Shown here: positions 12,099-21,422 of the stretch, piece by piece
How positions within the stretch are numbered: the first letter of the stretch is position 1
Layout of the letters: every line of letters begins with the position of its first letter
Source: Candidatus Krumholzibacteriia bacterium
GTDB lineage: Bacteria; Krumholzibacteriota; Krumholzibacteriia; WVZY01
Assembly (NCBI GenBank): GCA_046754105.1
Contig: JBHHVD010000004.1
Coordinates: 1,319-65,318 of the forward strand
DNA: 64,000 nucleotides
Reading direction: 5' to 3'
Program-made: the position numbers and the translations under genes
Notes under the pieces: generated by a model
Seen by the model: only the letters and a program-made list of their open reading frames with translations
Told to the model about the DNA's origin: nothing
Database searches by the model: none

Positions 12099-13763
12099 TC
12101 AAAAGTACGCCGGCTCCTTGTACTCGCCGAAGACCTTCTTGAACACGTCCGTCATCTCGCCCTCAGTCGCATACGCCGTCGCGCAGTCGATGAGGTGCGG
12201 CAGTACGTTGCGCCCGGACGCCGCCGCCGACTCCAATGCCTCGAGCTTGGCGCGCACGTCGCCGTTGTCGCGCCCCTCGCGCAGGCGTTTTAGCGACGCC
12301 ACCTGATCCACTTCCACCTGGTCATCGACACAGAGTATCGGGATCTCGTCGTCGTCATTTCCTTCCAGGAAATCATTGACACCCACAACGATCTTGCGCC
12401 GCCCCTCGACCGCCTTTTGATAATCGTATGCCGCCCGGCCGATTTCGCGGGCGAAGAACCCGTCCTCGACCGCCTTTACGACCCCGCCGATCTCGTCTAT
12501 CCGCCGGAAGTACTCTTCGGCCTGGTCCTCCATCTTCCGCGTTCGCGCTTCGATAAAATAGCTGCCACCGAGCGGGTCGATGGTGTTGGCCACGCCGGTC
12601 TCGCTGGCGATGAGCTGCTGGGTCCGCAGCGCGATGCGGGCCGCCTTCTCCGTAGGCAGCCCCAGCGTTTCGTCCATCGAGTTGGTGTGCAGGGACTGCG
12701 TGCCGCCGAGCACGCCGGCGAGGGCCTGGAACGCCGTACGGACGATGTTGTTCTCCGGCTGCTGCGCGGTGAGCGACACCCCGGCGGTCTGCGTGTGAAA
12801 CCGCATGAGCCACGAGCGCGGGTTCCTGGCGCCGTATCTCTCTTTCATGCGTCGCGCCCATATGCGGCGCGCGGCCCTGAACTTGCAGATTTCCTCGAAA
12901 AAATCGAGATGGGAATTAAAGAAAAAGGACAGCCTCGGAGCGAAGTCGTCCACGTCCAGACCGGCCTCGATCCCGGCCTCCACGTAGGCGAAACCGTCGG
13001 CGAGCGTAAAGGCGAGTTCCTGGACGGCGGTCGACCCTGCCTCTCGTATGTGATACCCACTGATACTGATCGAGTTCCAGCGCGGCATATTCCGCGTGCA
13101 AAACTCGATCGAGTCGGTTACGAGCCGCATAGACGGTTCCGGCGGAAAAATAAAACTCTTCTGGGCGATGTACTCCTTGAGAATATCATTCTGTGTAGTG
13201 CCGGCAAGATTTTCGAGCGCGACTCCGCGTTTTTGCGCATTGGCGGCGTACAGGGCAAGCACGATGATCGCTGGCCCGTTGATCGTCATCGACGTCGTTA
13301 TCTTGTTGAGATCGATTCCGTCGAAAAGAATCTCCATGTCCCGCATCGAGTCGATGGCAACGCCGCATTTGCCGACTTCTCCGAGCGCGCGTCCGTGATC
13401 CGAGTCATACCCGTATAACGTCGGCAAATCGAACGCCACGGACAATCCGGTCTGCCCGCCCTTGAGGAGGTAGTGGAACCGTTCGTTGGTATCCTTCGCA
13501 GAACCAAAACCGGCGAAGAGGCGCATCGTCCAGTACTTGCCACGGTACATGTTGGAGTGGATACCGCGCGTGTACGGATACTCGCCGGGAAAGCCGATAT
13601 CCTCCATGAAGTCGATTTCCTCTACATCCTCGGGCCCGTAAAGGATTTCGACCGGCTCACCGGAAACGGTAGTGAAGTCCAGGTCCTGCACGGGGCTCTG
13701 CTCGAGCTTTCTCAGGTACTCCCTCTTTTTTTCCGCCAATGACTCGCGCAGCTTGGGATTCAT
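12099..13763 (-). CDS. Acyl-CoA mutase catalytic subunit paralog (MCM/ICM family) with a non-canonical substrate pocket (His/Gln)
   Basis: 554 aa with [26 protein letters not shown]...[17 protein letters not shown] and [18 protein letters not shown]. It has His where MCM has Tyr (ICM has Phe), and Gln where MCM has Arg (as in ICM). It is flanked by meaB and the B12 small subunit. Confidence 0.9.
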   Translation of the reverse strand: MNPKLRESLAEKKREYLRKLEQSPVQDLDFTTVSGEPVEILYGPEDVEEIDFMEDIGFPGEYPYTRGIHSNMYRGKYWTMRLFAGFGSAKDTNERFHYLLKGGQTGLSVAFDLPTLYGYDSDHGRALGEVGKCGVAIDSMRDMEILFDGIDLNKITTSMTINGPAIIVLALYAANAQKRGVALENLAGTTQNDILKEYIAQKSFIFPPEPSMRLVTDSIEFCTRNMPRWNSISISGYHIREAGSTAVQELAFTLADGFAYVEAGIEAGLDVDDFAPRLSFFFNSHLDFFEEICKFRAARRIWARRMKERYGARNPRSWLMRFHTQTAGVSLTAQQPENNIVRTAFQALAGVLGGTQSLHTNSMDETLGLPTEKAARIALRTQQLIASETGVANTIDPLGGSYFIEARTRKMEDQAEEYFRRIDEIGGVVKAVEDGFFAREIGRAAYDYQKAVEGRRKIVVGVNDFLEGNDDDEIPILCVDDQVEVDQVASLKRLREGRDNGDVRAKLEALESAAASGRNVLPHLIDCATAYATEGEMTDVFKKVFGEYKEPAYF

Positions 13764-14728
13764 CGAGTGCCCCCTTTCTTCTTCTCTATCGTGAGCGGTG
13801 CAATGATTTCGCCGGCGATCTCGTAAGGCGACTTCGTGCCCGCAACTACCGATTTCATCGCCTCGTCCAGCATTCTTCTAATATAGGTGTTTTCCCAGAA
13901 AAACTCTTTGAGTTTTTGCTCGACGATCATCGTCGTACGGTTCCTGAGAGCGGCGGCACGCTCCTGCTCCATGCGGCCGTCTTGCGACAAGTAGGAACGA
14001 TGGCTTTCAATCGACTCCACCAACTCATCGACTCCCTCGTCACGCGTGGCGACCGTTCCCACAACCGGCGGCAGCCACGCGCCCCCGGTCGACCTCAGCT
14101 CCAGCATCGAACGAAGGTCGTCCGCGTAACGACGCGCGGGGTCGCGGTCGGCTTTGTTGACGACGAACACGTCGCCTATTTCCATCAGACCCGCTTTGAG
14201 ACTCTGGACGTCGTCCCCGGCGTCCGGAGTCAGCACGACGAGCGTCGTGTGGGCGCTGAACCGGATGCGATATTCCAGCTGCCCGATACCGATCGTCTCG
14301 AGAAAAATGACGTCACGCCCGAACGCGTCCAGCACGTCGGCCAGCTCGGTCGCGCAGGCGCTGAGACCGGTTTCGCTCCCCCGGCTCGCGATGCTGCGGA
14401 TGAACACGCCGTCGTCGCCGGTCGCGTCCTGCATCCTCACCCGGTCGCCGAGAATGGCGCCGCCCGAAAACGGGCTCGTCGGGTCCTCGGCCACCACGCC
14501 GACGGTCCGCGTCTGCCGGCGGTAGCGCCCGGAGAGTGCGTTGATCAACGTACTCTTCCCGGCGCCGGTCAGGCCGGTGACACCCACCCGGTACGCGCGC
14601 CCCGTCCGGGGAAAGAGCTCGGTCAGCACGGCCTCCGCCTCGTCCCCGCCGCGTTCCACCACGGACATCAGCCGGGAAGCGGCCAGCGCCTCCCCGGCGT
14701 AAAAACGCTCGAGATACTCGTTGCGCAT
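13760..14728 (-). CDS. meaB: MeaB/ArgK-type mutase-associated G-protein chaperone
   Basis: Contains the P-loop [18 protein letters not shown] and the ArgK/MeaB family signature. Its stop overlaps the mutase start. Confidence 0.9.
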   Translation of the reverse strand: MRNEYLERFYAGEALAASRLMSVVERGGDEAEAVLTELFPRTGRAYRVGVTGLTGAGKSTLINALSGRYRRQTRTVGVVAEDPTSPFSGGAILGDRVRMQDATGDDGVFIRSIASRGSETGLSACATELADVLDAFGRDVIFLETIGIGQLEYRIRFSAHTTLVVLTPDAGDDVQSLKAGLMEIGDVFVVNKADRDPARRYADDLRSMLELRSTGGAWLPPVVGTVATRDEGVDELVESIESHRSYLSQDGRMEQERAAALRNRTTMIVEQKLKEFFWENTYIRRMLDEAMKSVVAGTKSPYEIAGEIIAPLTIEKKKGGTR

Positions 14729-14863
14729 GGCGGCGTCGGGGCTCCACGGGGTCGGGGTCAGCGATGAGTCGGGGTTAATCGTAAAGAATTACAATATTTG
14801 CGGGCGCTCCTCCGGCGAGGCACGAGGCCGACCCGACCCGGACGCGAACACCCGCTGCGCCCT

Positions 14864-14893
14864 ACGATAGCGGAATCGAGGCCGTGCTGTCAA
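14864..14893 (-). promoter_or_regulatory. Candidate sigma70-like promoter for the meaB-mutase-ACAD-thiolase-hbd operon
   Basis: On the minus strand: TTGACA (14893-14888), an 18-nt spacer, then TATCGT (14869-14864). Weak -10. It lies 135-165 bp upstream of the meaB ATG. Confidence 0.25.
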
Positions 14894-14981
14894 CGTCATT
14901 TTTGGCAGAAAAACTTGTTAACCGATTCTGTTACAACTAGTTACATTCCACCGACGGCAACGGGTGTGGGACTGCGTTTGG

Positions 14982-15620
14982 TTAGTTACGGTATAGTTCC
15001 TTGACGGCTCCCCAGGTCGACGGCTCGACCGGGACCCGCGGCAGGCAGTTCAACCCGCCGGGGGTCGGAGTACAGCCGGTGCCCAGCGGCGGGGTACTGC
15101 CCGGGTAGGGGTTGAGCCCGTCGAACACCGCCCACTGGGCTCCCCCGTCCGGGCTGCGCCCGGTGGAGCGGTCGTCGAGGACCTCGAACCCCTGGTAGGT
15201 GTACTGATCGGCGATCAGCGTGTCGGTGCCACACACGTCGTAGAGGAACACGGTGTCGCCCCCGTTGTTGAGACTGAGCCCGAACGCCGGAAACCCGTTG
15301 GCGCGTTGCCAGGCGACCGCTTCGGATCCGTAGACGACCCGCACCTCGCCGGAACCCAACGACCCGGCGAAGCCGAAGCGCCAATCGAACCCGCCCGACG
15401 CATCGGCCAGACGAAAGCACGACAAGTCCACGGCGGTGGACCCGGTATTGACGACCTCGAGCCACTCGTCGTCTCTGGATCCAACGGTGCCGCCGCCGTC
15501 CCAATCGATCCCCGGGTCGGCCAGAATCTCGTTGAGAAGCACCTGCGCAGAACCGCCGTGCGGCCACGCACAAAGCACGAATATGAACGCAAAAATGGCA
15601 ACGATTCTCATCATCTTCAT
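14982..15620 (-). CDS. Secreted lamin-tail-domain (LTD) protein
   Basis: The signal peptide MKMMRIVAIFAFIFVLCAWPHGGSAQ is followed by LLNEILADP...DEWLEVVNTGSTAVDLSCFRLADASG, which is typical of an LTD. A GGAGGAGG RBS abuts the ATG. Confidence 0.7.
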   Translation of the reverse strand: MKMMRIVAIFAFIFVLCAWPHGGSAQVLLNEILADPGIDWDGGGTVGSRDDEWLEVVNTGSTAVDLSCFRLADASGGFDWRFGFAGSLGSGEVRVVYGSEAVAWQRANGFPAFGLSLNNGGDTVFLYDVCGTDTLIADQYTYQGFEVLDDRSTGRSPDGGAQWAVFDGLNPYPGSTPPLGTGCTPTPGGLNCLPRVPVEPSTWGAVKELYRN

Positions 15621-15800
15621 CCTCCTCCCGTCCCATCCCGTTGCCGTTTGGGTGGGTGTACAACTGGACCGCCAGGTTACCACACGGCGGTTCGCTCATC
15701 AACCGTTATTTCCACAAAGAGGGGCGCGGCCCCGCTCGGGACGCCCCGGTTGGCCGGGACGTTCGCACGCCTTCTATCCCGGAAGGTCCCGGCACGGCGT

Positions 15801-17234
15801 CTAGCGGCGCCGCCCCAGGGCCATCTTGAGCCGCTCGGCCGCTTTCTGGGGGTTCGCCTGGCCCCGCGTCTGCTTCATCACCTGGCCCACGAGAAATTTT
15901 AGCAGTTTCTCGTTGCCGGCGAGGTACTTGGCCACCTCTTGTGGATTGCCGTCGAGGACTCCACCGATGACCTCGTCGAGCGCCCCCTCGTCGCTGATTT
16001 GCTCGAGACCCCGCGAGCGGATAATATCCTCGGCGGCGGCGCCCGACTCCGACATTTCGCGAAAAATGTCCTTGGCGGTGGGCATGTTGATCTTGCCTGA
16101 TTTCACCTGGGCGATGAGCCCGGCCAGCTGCCCCGGTCGCACTCGGAACTCGGTAACGTCTATTCTCCGTTCCTTCAGCTCGCGCAGCACCTCCCCCATC
16201 ACCCAGTTGCTCGCCGCCTTGGCGTCTTCCACCTCGGACACCATCTCCTCGAAGTAGTCGGCGATCTCGCGGGCGTCGGTCAATACCTGGGCGTCGTACG
16301 GGGGCAGTTCCAGCTCCGTGACGAACCTCGCTGCGCGCGCATCCGGCAGCTCCGGCAACGCGCCACGCAAGCGCCCGATCATCGGCTCGGTTACCTCGAG
16401 GACCAGCAGATCGGGCTCCGGGAAGTAGCGGTAGTCGTGTGCCTCTTCCTTGCTGCGCATGACCTGCGATTCGCCCTTGACGCCGTCCCACAGGAGCGTT
16501 CCCTGGTCCACTTTCCTTCCGTCGTCGAGCACCCGCTGCTGCCTTTCTATCTCGAAGTGCAACGCCTGTTCGACCGCCTTGAAGGAGTTGAGGTTCTTGA
16601 CTTCGGTTCGTGTGCCGAACGACTCCGCACCTTTCTTGCGGAGTGACACGTTAACATCGCATCGCAGGCTTCCTTCCTCCATGTTGCCGTCGCAAATCTC
16701 GAGATAGCGAACGAGTGCCCGCAGTTTTTGCATGTACTCGGACGCCTCCCGGGGACTTCGGATGTCCGGTTCACTGACGATCTCGATCAGCGGCACGCCG
16801 ACGCGGTTCATGTCCACATAACTGTAGTCCTCTCCCTCCCCGTGAACCAGCTTGCCCGCGTCCTCCTCGAGGTGGATGCGGGTGATGCCGATCTTCTTTT
16901 TCCCACCGCCGATGGTGAGTTGCCCGCCCGTACACAGGGGCCTCTCGTACTGGGAAATCTGATAGTTCTTCGGGCAGTCGGGGTAGAAGTAGTTTTTCCT
17001 GGCAAAGACGCTTCGCGGCGAAATCCGGCAGCCGGTGGCCAGCCCCATCTTGACCGCGGCTTCCACCGCCTTCTCGTTGGCCACGGGCAGCGCTCCGGGG
17101 AGGCCCAGGCACACCGGGCACACCTGGGTGTTGGGCTCGCCGCCGTACGCCGCCGAGCAGGAACAGAACATCTTGCTCCGTGTCAGCAGTTGGGCGTGCA
17201 CCTCGAGACCAATGACTGACTCGTATTCAGACAA
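15801..17234 (-). CDS. gatB: Asp-tRNA(Asn)/Glu-tRNA(Gln) amidotransferase subunit B
   Basis: [15 protein letters not shown]...[13 protein letters not shown] and the GatB/YqeY C-terminus. The probable TTG start at 17234 overlaps the gatA stop by a few nt. Confidence 0.9.
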   Translation of the reverse strand: MSEYESVIGLEVHAQLLTRSKMFCSCSAAYGGEPNTQVCPVCLGLPGALPVANEKAVEAAVKMGLATGCRISPRSVFARKNYFYPDCPKNYQISQYERPLCTGGQLTIGGGKKKIGITRIHLEEDAGKLVHGEGEDYSYVDMNRVGVPLIEIVSEPDIRSPREASEYMQKLRALVRYLEICDGNMEEGSLRCDVNVSLRKKGAESFGTRTEVKNLNSFKAVEQALHFEIERQQRVLDDGRKVDQGTLLWDGVKGESQVMRSKEEAHDYRYFPEPDLLVLEVTEPMIGRLRGALPELPDARAARFVTELELPPYDAQVLTDAREIADYFEEMVSEVEDAKAASNWVMGEVLRELKERRIDVTEFRVRPGQLAGLIAQVKSGKINMPTAKDIFREMSESGAAAEDIIRSRGLEQISDEGALDEVIGGVLDGNPQEVAKYLAGNEKLLKFLVGQVMKQTRGQANPQKAAERLKMALGRRR

Positions 17235-18678
17235 CGATCTTCCTCTTGAAATCGACGATTCGCTCCACACCGCGGGCCCCACGTAACACCGTGTTCTCGT
17301 GAAGCGGTTTTCCTATCAACTGCACCCCGAGCGGCAGCCCGTCCGGGGACACGCCGCTCGGCAGCGATACTGCGGGCAGGCCGGCCAGATTGACGGGGAT
17401 TGTAAAAATGTCGGAAAGGTACATCAGCAGCGGATCGGCTGCCTTCTCGCCCACCCGAAACGCGGGTGACGGCACCGTTGGCAGCATGATCAAGTCGACT
17501 TTTTCGAGCGCCTTCTCGAAGTCCTGGATGATCAGCGATCGCACCTTCTGCGCCTGCAGGTAGTACGCGTCGTAATAGCCCGCGCTGAGCACGTAGGTGC
17601 CCAGCAGGATGCGCCGTTTCACTTCTTCGCCGAAACCTTCGTCTCGCGTGCGGGTGTACATGGTGTAGACGTCGTCGTCCCGCTTTGTGCGGTGGCCGTA
17701 CCTGACACCGTCGAACCGCGCGAGGTTGGAACTCGCCTCGGCATTGGCGATAACGTAGTAGCACGCACACGCGAAGCGCGCGTTGGCGAGCGACACGTCG
17801 ACGATTTCGACCTTGTCACGTGCGAGGCGGGCGGCCAGCGCTTTGAAATTTTCCTCCACTTCCGGCTTCATGCCCATCTCGAGGAAATCCCACGGCACGC
17901 CCAGGGTTAAACCCTCGAGTCCGCGTTCGAGGCCCTCCGAAAAATCCGGCACGGGCTGCTCGAGGCTGCTGGCGTCCCGCGGGTCGCCGCCCGCGATGGC
18001 ACCGAGCAAGAGCGCGCAATCCTCGACGCTTCTCGCGAACGGCCCGATCTGGTCGAGCGAGCTGGCGAACGCGATCAGACCGTAGCGCGACACCCGACCG
18101 TATGTCGGTTTCATACCGACAATCCCGCAGAAGCTCGCCGGCTGGCGGATCGAACCGCCGGTGTCGCTGCCCAATGCAGCCACCGCCATTTCCGCGGCGA
18201 CCGCTGCGGCGGACCCTCCGCTGGAGCCGCCGGGAGTGTAGTCGAGGTTCCACGGGTTGCGGCTCGGTCCAAACGCCGAGTTCTCTGTCGAAGACCCCAT
18301 GGCGAACTCGTCGAGATTGGTCTTGCCGCAGATGAGGGCCCCGTTCTTTACCAGGTTCTCGGCGGCCGTCGCGTCGTACGGGCTCTTGTAACGCCCGAGA
18401 ATTCGGGAGCCTGCGGTGGCCACGCGGCCCTCGAGACAGATGTTGTCTTTGACGGCGACGGGCAAACCGGCGAGCCGTGACGACCGATACCGTCCGCTTT
18501 CCGTCAGCGTCCTGGCCTTGGCGAGCATGTCGTCCGCGTAGAACTCCAGGTAGGCGTGGACATCCCCGTCGCGGCGCTCGACGGCACTGGCTACGTCTAT
18601 GGCCACGTCGAGCGGAGAGATATCGCCCTTCTTGAGGAGCGCGGCCAGTTCGACGAGGCCTCGGGAGTTGAGTCCCAT
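17227..18678 (-). CDS. gatA: Glutamyl-tRNA(Gln) amidotransferase subunit A
   Basis: Amidase signature [33 protein letters not shown]; 483 aa. Confidence 0.9.
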   Translation of the reverse strand: MGLNSRGLVELAALLKKGDISPLDVAIDVASAVERRDGDVHAYLEFYADDMLAKARTLTESGRYRSSRLAGLPVAVKDNICLEGRVATAGSRILGRYKSPYDATAAENLVKNGALICGKTNLDEFAMGSSTENSAFGPSRNPWNLDYTPGGSSGGSAAAVAAEMAVAALGSDTGGSIRQPASFCGIVGMKPTYGRVSRYGLIAFASSLDQIGPFARSVEDCALLLGAIAGGDPRDASSLEQPVPDFSEGLERGLEGLTLGVPWDFLEMGMKPEVEENFKALAARLARDKVEIVDVSLANARFACACYYVIANAEASSNLARFDGVRYGHRTKRDDDVYTMYTRTRDEGFGEEVKRRILLGTYVLSAGYYDAYYLQAQKVRSLIIQDFEKALEKVDLIMLPTVPSPAFRVGEKAADPLLMYLSDIFTIPVNLAGLPAVSLPSGVSPDGLPLGVQLIGKPLHENTVLRGARGVERIVDFKRKIVV

Positions 18679-18680
18679 GC

Positions 18681-18974
18681 CTACCTTTCGATGACCTTGG
18701 GAACGCGGAAAAATCCGTTCGTGGCGTCGGGCGCCTGGCCGAGGATCGCGTCGCGGTCAAGGCTCTCGCCGGGCTCATCCTTGCGCAGCGCGCCCCGTTC
18801 GCTGTGGACGACCGCGCTGGTGGGAGCGACGTCCTTGGTGTCGATCGCCTGCAGCTGCTCGACGTACCCGACGATGCGGTCGAGTTGCGCCGCCAGGCGT
18901 TCGCGCTCATCGTCGGTGAGATCGATGCGCGAAAGCACCTCGAGATGCCGTAGTATTTTCTCGTCGATTTTCAT
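18681..18974 (-). CDS. gatC: Glutamyl-tRNA(Gln) amidotransferase subunit C
   Basis: MKIDEKILRHLEVLSRIDLTDDERERLAAQLDRIVGYVEQL is typical of GatC. It sits directly upstream of gatA. An internal Met start was chosen. Confidence 0.8.
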   Translation of the reverse strand: MKIDEKILRHLEVLSRIDLTDDERERLAAQLDRIVGYVEQLQAIDTKDVAPTSAVVHSERGALRKDEPGESLDRDAILGQAPDATNGFFRVPKVIER

Positions 18975-19031
18975 TTCATCCTTATCACGGGGCGCCAAAT
19001 CGCCACAGCATACCACCGCGCCGAAGCGAAG

Positions 19032-21227
19032 TCATCCCAAAGGTCTCATCGGTGCGTATTGGGCGAGAAATTTCCGCTCCCCCCCGCCGTCGAAGATGAC
19101 GGTCACTCGCAGCCTCTCACCGGATCCCTCCACCCGTCTTACGACTCCCTTGCCGAAATCATCGTGGTGGACACGCATCCCCACGAAATATACGAGTTCC
19201 TCCTGCGAAAAATGCGCGAACTCCTCCGTTATGGACGCGTACCGGCGGCCACCGCCCTCGGCCAGTTGATCGAAGTCGCCCAGGTCATCCGCAGACCTCG
19301 CTACCGGTGCCAGGCCCTCGATGTCACCCACCAGAAGCGATTCCGGTATTTCGAATAGAAAACGCGATGGCATCCCCCCCTCGACCACGCCCATGCGTCT
19401 CCGCATCCTGGCATGGGAACAGAAGAGCCGTTTGCGCGCACGCGTCATTCCGACGTAGAACAGCCGGCGCTCCTCCTCCAGGGACTCGGGGTCGTCGATG
19501 GAGTTTATGTGCGGAAACAAACCCTCTTCGAGACCGGCAACGAACACGCAGTCGAATTCGAGGCCCTTGGCGTTGTGCAACGTCATCAAGGTCAGCAGCC
19601 CACGGCTGTCGTCGAGGGCATCCACGTCCGCAACCAGAGCAATCTCTTCGAGAAATGCGCGCAGCGAGCGATCCTCCGTGCTGGCCGCAAAAGTCTCCGC
19701 CGCGGCCACCAACTCCTCGACGTTCTCGACTCGCGACTCGCCGTCGGGGTAGTTGTCGTGGAGGTGCTCCCGGTAACGAACCCGTTCCACGATGGCTTCG
19801 ATGACTCCGGGGGCATCCTCTTTTTCGGCGGCGTCGGCGAGGTCATTCATGAGGCGGACAAAATCTACGCAGCGCCGCGTCTGGGCACCGGGCAGATCGA
19901 AATGACCGGAGCGCAGCACGCGCAGGACGGACGTCCCGCGCGACGCCGCCTGCGCGGACAGGCGCTCGTACGTCGTCTTGCCCAGAGCCCGCCGGGGCAC
20001 GTTCATGACGCGTTTCAGGCTCATGTCGTCGTCCGGGTTCGCAACGAGTTTGCAATAGGCAAGCACGTCCCGGATCTCGGCCCGCTCGTAGAAACCAACC
20101 GAGCCAATGATCTGGTACGGCAGCGACCCGAGTTTGAGCACTTCTTCCAGCGCCCGGGACTGCGCGTTGGTGCGGTAGAGAACGGCGATATCGCGCAGAT
20201 CGAAACCGGTCTGCAAGAGAGACTTCACCCCGTGCAGAACCTGCAACGCCTCCGACTGCTCGTCGGCCGCCTGCAGCACCGTCACTTTTTCACCGCTTTC
20301 TCCCGACGTCCACAGGTTCTTCCCCTTGCGGCCACGATTGTGAGCGATGACCGCGTTGGCGGCGTCCAGGATCGTCTGGGTCGAGCGGTAGTTCTGTTCG
20401 AGGCGTATCACCTGCGTGCTCGGGTAGAGGTCTTCGAAGTTCAAGATGTGATCGACCTTCGCGCCCCGCCAGCTGTAGATCGACTGGTCGTCATCGCCGA
20501 CGGCAAAGAGGTTGCCGTGTACGGACGCCAGGCCGTCTATCAGCGCCATCTGGATCGGATTCGTGTCCTGGAATTCGTCTACCAGGACGTACTGGAAGCG
20601 CCGTGCATAATGTTCCTTCACATCGCCGTCGCGTTCGAACAGCTCGACCACGCGCGCGATGAGATCATCGAAGTCCAGGGCGTTGGCGCGCCGCAGGCCT
20701 TTTTCATATTCGCGGTATATCTCGACCATGCGCTTGTCAACATTGTTGGCGGCGTTATCGAGCGCGATCTGCGGCGTGATGAGATCGTTCTTCCAGCGGC
20801 TGATGCGATCGCGCACCGACCGCGGCGAGCGGAGTATTCCACCCTCGAGAGTCCTGTTTGAAATAACGGCCTTGACCATGTTCAGGCTGTCGTCGGCGTC
20901 GTAAATGGAAAAGTTGCGGTCGACGCCGATGGCCTCGCCGTGGGCCCGGAGTATCCTCACGCCCGTCGCGTGAAACGTGCCTACCCAGAGCCGCGCGGCG
21001 ATGCCGGGCCGGGCCGCTTCGAGCCGTTCCGTCATCTCCCGGGCTGCGCGGTTGGTAAACGTAAACGCGAGGATGTTCCACGGCGGGACGTTCCGGTCGC
21101 GCACCAGGTGTGCGATGCGCTGCGTAAGCACGCGTGTCTTCCCGCTGCCGGCGCCCGCGATGACCAGAATCGGTCCTTCGGTCGCTTGCACCGCCTCCTG
21201 CTGTCGATCGTTCAGCACGTTGCCCAC
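19032..21227 (-). CDS. uvrD: ATP-dependent DNA helicase UvrD/PcrA (superfamily 1)
   Basis: AGAGSGKTRVLTQRIAHLV (Walker A), DEFQDTN, and the UvrD helicase motifs throughout; 731 aa. Confidence 0.9.
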   Translation of the reverse strand: MGNVLNDRQQEAVQATEGPILVIAGAGSGKTRVLTQRIAHLVRDRNVPPWNILAFTFTNRAAREMTERLEAARPGIAARLWVGTFHATGVRILRAHGEAIGVDRNFSIYDADDSLNMVKAVISNRTLEGGILRSPRSVRDRISRWKNDLITPQIALDNAANNVDKRMVEIYREYEKGLRRANALDFDDLIARVVELFERDGDVKEHYARRFQYVLVDEFQDTNPIQMALIDGLASVHGNLFAVGDDDQSIYSWRGAKVDHILNFEDLYPSTQVIRLEQNYRSTQTILDAANAVIAHNRGRKGKNLWTSGESGEKVTVLQAADEQSEALQVLHGVKSLLQTGFDLRDIAVLYRTNAQSRALEEVLKLGSLPYQIIGSVGFYERAEIRDVLAYCKLVANPDDDMSLKRVMNVPRRALGKTTYERLSAQAASRGTSVLRVLRSGHFDLPGAQTRRCVDFVRLMNDLADAAEKEDAPGVIEAIVERVRYREHLHDNYPDGESRVENVEELVAAAETFAASTEDRSLRAFLEEIALVADVDALDDSRGLLTLMTLHNAKGLEFDCVFVAGLEEGLFPHINSIDDPESLEEERRLFYVGMTRARKRLFCSHARMRRRMGVVEGGMPSRFLFEIPESLLVGDIEGLAPVARSADDLGDFDQLAEGGGRRYASITEEFAHFSQEELVYFVGMRVHHDDFGKGVVRRVEGSGERLRVTVIFDGGGERKFLAQYAPMRPLG

Positions 21228-21312
21228 GTTCCCCTCGATCTCAAGGAATCACGTCCGCCACGGAGCGGTAGCGCCCCCCCGCGGCGCTCGCAAAGACCCG
21301 GGCGGTGGGACG

Positions 21313-21327
21313 TGGTTACACTGTAAC
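21313..21327. promoter_or_regulatory. Perfect 7-bp inverted repeat GGTTACA-C-TGTAACC, ~90-100 bp upstream of uvrD; candidate operator
   Basis: Read directly from the sequence: ggttacactgtaacc. Its position upstream of a classic DNA-damage-inducible gene is suggestive. It does not match a LexA box I can name. Confidence 0.3.
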
Positions 21328-21422
21328 CGACCCGTACGGGTGGAATCAACAACTGCCTCCCACACCGTGCCGCGGCGGCGATACCTCTCCTCACCGCCGC
21401 GGAGGTATGGGCTCATCACCTG

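Noticed and set aside
12417-14767. Plus-strand ORFs 12417-13418 and 13739-14767 opposite the second mutase and meaB
   Set aside because: Antisense to genes with unambiguous family signatures. The composition is low-complexity, so they are not called.
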